From NCBI RefSeq assembly GCF_009914755.1, contig NC_060927.1: a DNA stretch of 64,000 nt. One strand, 5' to 3'. A model generated the notes under the pieces. That model was not told where the DNA came from, did no database searches, and worked only from the letters and a program-made list of their open reading frames with translations. The translations under genes and the position numbers were made by a program. The stretch comes from the human T2T-CHM13v2.0 reference genome, Homo sapiens. Of this stretch, positions 54,590 through 64,000 are shown one piece after another (position 1 is the stretch's first letter; every line of letters starts with the position of its first letter).

Positions 54590-57500
54590 TCACTTTAATA
54601 TTTTAATTTTGTTTCAGGAAATTTTAGGTGAGGCAGGAGTTCATCAGCATATTTAACAAAGCCACGAAGTAAAAAGGCTATCATGGATTGACCAGCTAAG
54701 CAAAAGGCTAACAGTAGGAGGCTATTGAAAGAGGTGAAGGTGGAAAAAGTAGCACTAGCTACACTATGCTAGGGAGAGCTGCACTGGTCTAATTACTCAA
54801 CAGTATTTGTCAAGATCCAACCATTTGTAAAGCACCATTCCAGATGCCGTATGCCTTAAAGTTCGGGTTATAAGGAAGGACAGAAAAAAGAGCAGCTATT
54901 AAACACCTGTCTTTACATAATATTATTTAATTTCACAGTAATCATAAGCTATTATAAGATAAATATTGATATTCTTATTTTCCATAGGTTCGGTGAAATC
55001 AGGCAACCTACTCTCAGTTCATTCCCTACATAAAGCAATATAACTTGTACCTGTGATTTAGACAAGTTCTTATCCAAAGATCCATACAGCTTTGTCAATG
55101 AGAATGAGGAAAATTTACAAATATTGTGGAAAATAGCAAACTTTGTACCCCAAATTATTTAATGGTACCTAGATAGTTTTTCAGACACAGACAAATTTGA
55201 GCATCTAATTATGCAGAGATAAAAGTTTTATGTAATAAATATATATATATACCCTGATCAATATCTCTATTTCTTTTATGAAAGATATGAAGTACATGGT
55301 AAGAATAAGAGATGTACAACTTTATAAATGTTTTCATTTATTCTATAAAAGATTTAATATCTAACTTTAGCCCTCAGTCTGACTGATAATTTAGCTACAA
55401 CTGGAAAAATTCAGAAAATTTGACAGATATTAAAATTATCTTGGCTGTAAAACTTAATTTTTCTCAAAAATTGTCCCTGGGTTGATGTTAAACTGTTAGC
55501 CTTTGAGTAAGGGGTTTAAGAGGTTTATGAAAATAGTACTGAGTCACAGATACGGAAGGAATCTCTACCTCTAAATCCTGAAATAGGTGTTTAATTGGTT
55601 TAATGGGTTTACACCATTAAATGTTGGCCAGAGTAATGTTGGCCATTGCTCTGGATGTAACTTGTCCCAGTTTCTGTTGGCTGAGAGTGAGCCATGTCCT
55701 CATCTAATCCCCTGTGGGACTGCTGCACCTAGAAACAGTGGAGTGCGGTTCCCTTGCCACTTATGCCTCATGGGAGACACGGGGGATTGCCTTTGACCCT
55801 CTTGTGCCTAAATATTTTGTGACACCCTTTCTATTCTGTGACTAACACACACCACGACAACACATGAAAGTTTCCTATGAAGCTTGTCATCTCCTTAGTT
55901 TTCATCTAGAAAGTGGGCACATATTATCTTAGCTTTGTGATGCCCAAACTTAAAAAGGATACTATGTAATTTTATTCTGTCTTTCAGACTTATCTATGAG
56001 TGAAGGTAGTTGTTGTGGAGAGGAGGTAGGATGTCTGCCTCTAACCTGTGGAATATTCCACCTTCTTCTTTTCATCTGCCCCAAACAGAAGGTATTTTAT
56101 ATCCTATGGGAAGGGAGTGGGACGTTGCTGACTCAGGTCATTTGAGCTTAAAGGGTAGAAATTTGCCACTTTTGTTGTCTCGTCTGTTTTGACAACTCTA
56201 CTCACAAGCCTCAGGGCAACAGTGGCTCTAAGAACCATACAGGGGACAGTCACAACTAAAAGGAAGTGTATGGTCAGCAATGAGTACTTGGAATCAAATT
56301 ATATTTCTACCACCATTTGTCTTTTGCAACTTAATGCATATACTCAATCAGTAATGCAGATATTAATGAATTTTTAAAATATTCCATTTTAAACTCAGAT
56401 CATTATATTCCAGACACCTGGATGGAAAGAGAAATATTTGATTAGTCATGCAGATGTTTCTAGATATTTATTTAGTATTGTATATACAATAAAAATGGCT
56501 GAATCTCTTTTCATTCCGGGGACTGTTCGGGGACTGTGTATACTAACGACATGGAACACATTATTTTAAATTTTGAAACCATTGGAGATATAAGCAGCAT
56601 CCTTGAAGAAACCGGAGGGTAGGAGGAAATGATGTAATTTGTGAAAAATTATAAACAAAACAAACAATATTGACTTATCTTTATCTTCTACTGTTCATTC
56701 TACCCAATGGCTAGCTATATTTTTTCAATTGCCTGTGATATTCATTTAATGAAGTCATTTTATAAAGACAAAAATACGATGCTGGTACTTTTCCTGTAAA
56801 TCAAAACTATTTCTACATGCCTAAGTTCCTGGGATTATTTTAGACACAAAAGTCAGGAAAACAATTTCCAAAAATACACATATTTTCTACCTGCTTGTTT
56901 CATTTTTATGAAATTGAGTTCTCCTAAAAGGCCTGATACTACACTAGCCTCAAACAGGTCACATATCAGAAAAAGTCAATAATGCTTGGATGATTTAATC
57001 ATTTGCATCCTAAAATTTTTGCAGAAATTTTTGAGTAATATTTTGACAAACACACATAATTTTTCTTTTATGAAAACTGCAATCTTTTTTAGGGGACATA
57101 GAACATTTTTTAAAGGCAAAAATAAGTTTATGCCATAATCAATCACTCAGCTACAGCTTTAAAATGGTTATTTATAAGTTGCTTAATCTGCTTGCCTTAT
57201 TTAATGGGTCTTTTCATTATTTATTCGATTAATGTTGTAAACACAGTATTGATTCCAAGAGTAATGCTTTTCATAAAATATATCTGACCATAAAATTGAG
57301 CAGTAAAAGTTAAAATATAAAAACTCCTAGATTGGTTTCATCATCCCTTTAGAAATGTATGTAAACCTTGTGCTTTGGGGTTATAGACACAGGGGAGAAT
57401 TAAAATACCAGATGCACATATTCTCCAATATGTGAGACCAATTAGGGGTAATTATTCTATTGAACATTTTTAATTCTGCTTTTAGGAAGATATTCTAATT

Positions 57501-57597
57501 TAGGATTTTCTCTCTTCCTGTTCAATAAAAAGTTATTTCTTATATGCAAAGAATATGCATATTAGAATATAATTTTTGAAATTATTTTGTCCAATGC

Positions 57598-57877
57598 TTT
57601 TTTTTTAAAGAGACAGGACTTCGCTCTGTCACCCATGCTGAGTACAGTGGTATGATCATAGCTCACTGCAGCCTTGAATTCCTGGGATCAAGTGATCTTC
57701 CTGAGTAGCTGGGACAACAGGCACGCACCACTATGTCCAGCTAATTATTTTAATTTTTGTAGAGACAGGGTCTTGCATTGTCTCCCAGGCTGGTCTCAAA
57801 TTCCTGGCTTCAAGCAGTTCTCCCGCCTCTGCCTCCCAAAGTGCTGGTTTTACAGGTGTGAGTCACCATGCCTGGAC
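57598..57877 (-). mobile_element. AluJ with a small internal deletion
   Basis: gatcatagctcactgcagccttgaa and tgtagagacagggtctt. TSD ccaatgcttt / ccaatactct. Confidence 0.9.
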
Positions 57878-58099
57878 CCAATACTCTTAATTCAAATTTG
57901 TGGATGCTGAGACTCAGAGAGATCAATGAACTTGTCCAAAGCATCATCATGTGTAATTAAGCAATTTAATTGTTCCCACTTTACACACACCCTGTTATCT
58001 GTACACACACACACAGTCTAATGCAGTTTTTAAAATGACTTATTTAATGGTGAGTTATTATCCTATTTCTCTTCCTTTGGATGAAGCTTCATTCCTAAT

Positions 58100-58870
58100 A
58101 CAATTTATTCTGTACATTCAAACCACCATCAAAATATTCTACTGAACACACCTGTATGGGTTTGGCCTATGAGGGATTTTAGGTATTTATAAAATTTGAA
58201 TCATTTCCAAACTATCTCTTGTGTAGATCTTTCTATTACCACTGCTAACTTAGTCCTGACCTTCTTAATTTCTCTTCTATATGCTGCAATGATCACCTTA
58301 CTGGTCTCCGTCCCCAATCAATACTACACACTACTGCTAGAGTTATTGCCCTTACCCTGTTGTAAAACATTCACTTCCTATTGCTTAGAATAAATGCCAA
58401 TTACTTAGCCTAACATTTAAAAATCTCCATTATATGACCCCAACCTATATTTCAACCTTCTCCCTCTACCTCTACTCTCGCGTGCCCTAACTCCCAAATC
58501 ACATGTGGCTGTTATCTATTTGCCATTCCTTCTGTTTGTCCAATATGTTTTTCCTAATTGATCTTAACTCAAGTTTTCTCATTCATCTGAAATTATGCAG
58601 TAGATTTATTTATGACTTAGACAAAATCTCACCTCCTTACAAGGCAGTCACAAACGTCACTATTCAAAATTCATCCCCTCACCTATACTGTCATAAGATT
58701 GTTTAAATGTTAATCATGGCACCTATGACAGTCTTCTACTAAGTGTATTCATGTATAGCTGTCTTTGTCCCTAAAATAACAGCAAGCATATGGAGGCAAG
58801 AGAAAATTTCCATTTTGTTTTTGTTAATCCACAGAGTATTCAACAACAAATTTATGTTGATTGAATTGAT
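58100..58870 (+). mobile_element. L2 remnant
   Basis: cctattgcttagaataaatgccaa, with a 3' end aacagcaagcatatggaggcaag...ttgattgaattga. Confidence 0.65.
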
Positions 58871-60274
58871 TTGATTGAAAATTTGGGTGGTTTTAAAATA
58901 CATTACGTGTTTTCTTATCCTCTTAATATGCTATACCATATAATGTGTTTTTCTTGCTAACTCAGGACAACATTTATTAGCATTTATTGTACTAGGTTAT
59001 AATGCCCTCAAGAGCCACTAAGGCATGTCAAATTCTTTGCCCCTAGAGTAAATAGCTACTGACTGTAGAGATTTGATTTGGGGAGTTTTATATCCTGGGG
59101 ACTCCTTACGCCCGCCAGCAGCTTTATTTTAATCAATCGCCTGGGGGTAGGCCTGAAGGTGTTACTGTCCCTCTCCTACAGAGGGAACATCAAGGTCCTT
59201 GTAGTAGCCGTTTGTTTCTAAGACTTACTGTCCTTTCTGGTTGTTGGATGAAATGCTACATGCACCATTGCTTCCAAAGAGTTAGACTTTTTCTCATTGA
59301 GAAATAAGAAACAACTTATTTAACTTTGGGCAAGAAAAAGTTGGAATTTGGGTTTTTACAGCCCCACTTCTCACTGGGATGGTTGACCTCATTTTCACAG
59401 CAGGGGAGACTGCGCTGAGGCTGAATGTTTTCAGGAGGGCAGGACAGTCACGCCACTGTGGCCCATTCCCTCACCCTCTTTCATGTGTACGGAAATGGAG
59501 TGGAACGTCTTTCTTGGGGTGGGCATCCTCAGCCCCACAGCCTAGCTATTCTTGCTTCCTCCTCAACTGAAGTGGAAATTGTGGCACTACTGTTTTTGGC
59601 TAGAAGGCCATGGGGCATTAGGTCACTGGAGCCCTCAAGAGACACAAAATATAGCAAGGGCAAAAATCCAATGCCAGCTGAGAGAACAGGGATTTGATTT
59701 CCTGTGGGAACTTCCAGTCATGTTCCAGTCCCTCCAATTATGTTCCCTGCCCCCTGCCACCCTGAGTTATAATTTCTTCAGGATTCAATAATAGTCATTG
59801 TTCATTTCTTTTTTGGCTTTTCCCTCCTGTACTTTTTCAAGCAGCCTCAGTTTTTCCAAGTGGATATTTCTTTCTCCCCAGAAAGTTAATAGATGTATTT
59901 ATTTTATCTGAGCTGTCAGAACAATTTATCAATCTTTTTGCTTTAGGTTTTTAATAAAATTTATATTTAAGATTTCTTTCAGAATTTTTCTCATGAACAA
60001 AAATCTTCCCAGGTGGCAATTGGGAACACATAAATTGTATTCACCGAAGGAACGAGAAGCACCAATTTGTTCCTCTCCTCCATTTCCTCCTGGAGCTCAG
60101 CTCATGCTTGGCGGCCAGAAGGAAATGCTTTTCCAGAGTCGTTTTTATGTGGTCATAGATTTAGGTCAGGCACCGCATTTCTGCTTCTTCAAAACAATGC
60201 TTTCTGTAAAAATAATGACAAGCCCAGAAATCTGGAAATCTGTTCTTATTCTGCCTTCATTGCAAATTCACAGC

Positions 60275-60470
60275 GACCTTAAGTAAGTTACTGATATCTG
60301 AGCCTCAGTTTCCTTCAAATGAAGATAACAAACTCTGGCCTCCTATCTTATGGAGTGATGTAAAGATCAAGTGAGAACATCCAAGAAAAACATGGAGATC
60401 TATTAAATACTAAAGATAAAGAGATAATTAATGTGACCATACTTCCTAAACTATAAAGAAATGTGTAAGA
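60275..60470 (+). mobile_element. MIR fragment
   Basis: gaccttaagtaagttact...tctgagcctcagtttcctt. Confidence 0.7.
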
Positions 60471-62064
60471 GCAATTAAGCTCATTGATTATAATTGTTCC
60501 CCAAGAGTCCTGAGCACATTGGCTGTGGGTCAGGAAGAGCAATACTGCACATTTAGTTGCCACTTTCTCGTCCTTGCTGTGCTAAATTCACCTCCTACCT
60601 GCCCTTCAGGAAGGCTTTCTCCTCATGATGGCCCAGTCGGTATCTCGCCTGCAGCCATAAAACTGAGCTTATCTCAAAGGCAAATACTCAGGTTTAGTAA
60701 ATACAGAAACATTCCTGGAAATGCATCCAGAGTACCTTCCTGCCTCTATTTTCAGGGACCCAATGGCCCTCACATTGTTTTGATATTTATGTCCTAGGAA
60801 GGTTGTGGATATTTAAAGCTCACATGGCGTGCTGATCAGTGGAGGGGGAAAAAAAGTCTTATACCTCCCTAGTTGGACCACCAGTTATTCTTTCGGAAAA
60901 TTACAGAGTGGAAAAAATCTGAGGGCTTGAAGTAGATCTTGTACTTTATATCCGAAGAATCTTGATTTGTATGGAAAGGCTGATGTTTCTTGGCTAATTT
61001 TGTTCTGAAGAAATACCGCTAGCTTCCTGCCACATGGTAGTGACAAAATAATACCAGCAGACCTAAACACATAAAAACGTTGAGGTGAACACGGTCTTGC
61101 TTCTTTCCCAACCCCGCCTCAAACTTGTCATTTATACAAGGCAAGTCCGATTTTGGATTGGCCTCTCAGAGAATGTTTCCTCCATTCACAGAACTAGAAA
61201 GGTTTGCCATATTGTTTCAGATCCATTTTTCATTCAGGAATAAAACAGATATTTCAAGGGGGTTAAGTAGGTATAGTATCTCTATGACTGGTGTTTTGTA
61301 GTTTCTTATTTAAATACAAACAAAACAAACAGACAAAAAAAAAAAAAACCCAAAACAACGTATTAGGTAGATTGCATTTTTCACTTTTCACATTAATTTT
61401 AAACAAATCTAGGCTTTAAATTAAGAGATGTACTTAACAGTCACAACTAGTGAAAGTTGAAGCCAAAAGTTAAAGTCCATACTCTTTCCCAAACATTACT
61501 GTGTCTCTCTTAATTCACTAGTTAATGATGCTCATAAATAGCATATACCCACACAAGTTGTTCCCATTATATAGGAACACTGCAACCTCAGTAGTACACT
61601 CAGGGCCATTCAGGGATCCTGTTTCCCCTCCAAGTTTGCTTTATATTTTATACTGAGTGTGAATATTCTGAAATATTTCACTATCTCTAGATGCCATCTA
61701 GGTCTCTAACTCCACAGATATCTCCTGTGGGTAGGGCATATACAGTAGCACTGTGATTTAAGGAAATACATTTTGACATTTTCTTATTATTGTTACTTTT
61801 TTGTCTGTATTGGTTCCCAAGCATCAAATAATATTGATTTTCATTTGGAAATGTGTCTGTTTTCTTTCTGTTCTGCCTCCACAGTAACTGACCAACCCAC
61901 TTTAGAAGACTCCTCCCTAGGGTCTCCTTGCCTCCAAACCGGATCTCTTCTAATCTGCCCTTCACATTGATTCCTGGGTAACTTCTCCTAAAACACAGGT
62001 CAGATAATATCTTTTACTTCCTCATTTTTTCTTCAATAGCTCTCTAATGAAAAAAAAAAAAAAA

Positions 62065-62429
62065 AATCCCCAGTGTTGGAGGTGGGACCTGGTGGGAGGT
62101 AATTGGATCATCGGAGTGGGTTTCTCATGAATGGTTTTGCACCATCCTCTTGGTGTTGTTCTCATAATACTGAGTTCTTGCTAGATCTGATTGTTTAAAA
62201 GTGTGTGGCACCTCTCTCTCTCTTCCTTGCTGCTGCTCTCAACATGTGAGATGCCTGCTCCTGTGCCTTCCACCACAAATGTAAGCCTCCAGAGGCCTCC
62301 CCAGAGGCAAATGCCAGTGTTATGCTTCCAGTACCTCCTGCAGAACCATAACCCAATTAAACTTCTTTTCTTAATAAATTACTTAGTCTCAGGTAATTCT
62401 TTATAACAATTCAAGAACAGCCTAGTACA
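62065..62429 (+). mobile_element. MSTA-like LTR lacking its first ~45 bp
   Basis: aatccccagtgttggaggtggg and gtgggtttctcatgaatggtt, ending gaacagcctagtaca. Confidence 0.9.
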
Positions 62430-62770
62430 CTCAGCTTTTCTCAAACGTCAATGTCTCGTGAAGGAGACATGCTCATAGAGCCGATTGTAAGCTCTGTAAC
62501 CTTAGGGGTTGGGTGTTTTTGAATCCCATTGACTCTCAGCACTGATCACTGTGCTTGAATCATAACTATTTGCAAAATAAATGGAGGGCAGGAAAAAAGA
62601 AAAACAAAAACTCAAATTCTGTTACAATATAAGCTACAAAATTCAAGTAAGTATAATGTACTATAAGAATACAGATGAGAAATAACTGATCAACTGTACA
62701 TGAATCAAACATTACAACAGTTTTGATCACTTGCTGGGTATAAACTTAATGGAGAATAGGGAATCAGGAG

Positions 62771-63371
62771 TGTTTCATCAAGAACTGCTAAGGACTTAAG
62801 ATTTTACCCTATTTAGAAAGTGATGAGTTAGTCTGAGCGATTTCCTGGATACTATCAAGAGACAAAAGCCTCCAGCGTCAAAGATAAAGGTCAATTTTTT
62901 ACTCACAGCAAAAGCAGTAGTGAGAGTGTCAGCACTTTTGTAAGTTCCTGAGCCAAATTTCCCACAAGAAGGCCAGGCTATACCTGCACATTGCAGTGGG
63001 AGCTGTGTTAGAAAAGAGAAACTCTGGGCTTCAAGAACAATAATATTAAGATAAGTAGGGAGCACACCTTCCCTTTTGCTCTGGGAGAAGAAACTTTGTC
63101 TTTCAATACTCTAAGAAAATCTGCCTTTGTGAGCCAAGATCGTGCCACTGCACTCAAGCCTAGGCAACAGAGCGAGTCTCCATCTCAAAAAAAAAAAAAA
63201 AAAAAGAAAAAAGAAAACCTGCCCTTTGCTCCAGAAGAAACACTACCTCTGTCTTCCAAAGTTGTTCACTGTCCAGATACCCTTAAAAAGATAATTGGGC
63301 AAAGGCAGTTAGCGCCTCTGCTGGCAAGACTTGCAGAAGCATGAGAAACCCACGTAGAACTGTCTCCTAAC
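62771..63371 (-). mobile_element. LTR40-like ERVL solo LTR
   Basis: The minus strand starts GTTAGGAGACAGTTCTACGTGGGTTTCTC...AGCAGAGGCGCTAACTGCCTTTG. The other end reads agaactgcta...gattttacccta on +. Confidence 0.8.
63129..63210 (+). mobile_element. Severely 5'-truncated Alu nested in LTR40
   Basis: The last ~58 nt of Alu plus an A tail. TSD aagaaaatctgcc / aagaaaacctgcc. Confidence 0.92.
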
Positions 63372-63492
63372 TTGCCCTTTCTGGTTCTATGTCAGAAACC
63401 CATGTGCGGTACATTAAACAGTTTTTATTTCCATTTTTAAGGGCAGCCCATATATGGTTGAACAGGTAGGGGTAGATAACAGAGCAATCCCA

Positions 63493-63660
63493 GAGAGGCA
63501 GATTTACTATGAACCTGATGAAGCTTAAACTTCTGAGTTATATACCTCTTCCAAGGCCCTGTCATTAATTATGTATGAATAATCTTTTATTCTTTTTCTT
63601 TGAGAGGGCTGTACAAATTATGAAAACCTCAGACTCCAAGAACTGGATCCACCAACCCTT
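63493..63660 (+). mobile_element. MER53-like hAT element
   Basis: gaggcagatttact...tgaagcttaa...cttccaaggccctgt...tattctttttctt...ctggatccac. Confidence 0.7.
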
Positions 63661-64000
63661 GCCACAGTGTATGCAGCTATCATTTAAAATGAGGGTGGGG
63701 TGCATGAGTGCTAGAAAAGGCATCAGGTGTGACTTCTGTTCATGGAAGAAGTCCTATAAAGAGTAGGACTATGAACTCTAGTAATGCTATTTAGTTAGAA
63801 TGTGAAAATTATTAAAGGATAGTCAGAAAAATGTAAGTAAATAGAGAAAGAAGATGTTTCTAAAAAATATTTCAAATGTAATAATTGTTTTAATGGAAAG
63901 GATATAACATGTCTTATTTCACATAGGTAAATTCTATCTTTATTTTTCTCTTGTAAAATCTACTGTCCTACTCAGAGTCACCTTCAGTTGATATCTAAGC

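Overview
This is AT-rich primate (human-like) non-coding DNA, either intergenic or deep intronic. I find no credible protein-coding exon, tRNA, rRNA or CRISPR array. The listed ORFs are Alu, L1, Tigger or LTR read-throughs or random ORFs. Much of the window is recognisable interspersed repeat: nine Alus or Alu fragments, three primate L1 pieces, a Tigger1 interrupted by an L1, several small DNA transposons (MER20, MER58A, MER5A, MER53, MADE1), about 13 solo LTRs (THE1, MST, MLT1, MER4A, MER31, LTR40, LTR12) and old L2/MIR/L3 remnants. Family and subfamily names come from recalled consensus sequences, not from a search. The most interesting structure is a CpG-rich ERV9/LTR12 U3 promoter (26606-27200) cut off just before its normal start site and followed by splice and poly(A) signals that could make a small lncRNA. 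Other notable items are a ~150-bp twin-primed L1 with an exact 18-bp TSD (44196-44379), a very recent 73-bp tandem duplication (24519-24664), a closely spaced inverted Alu cluster (36126-37967) and a motif-dense candidate enhancer (31840-32260). I could not identify the locus. I see no evidence of a novel multi-gene system.
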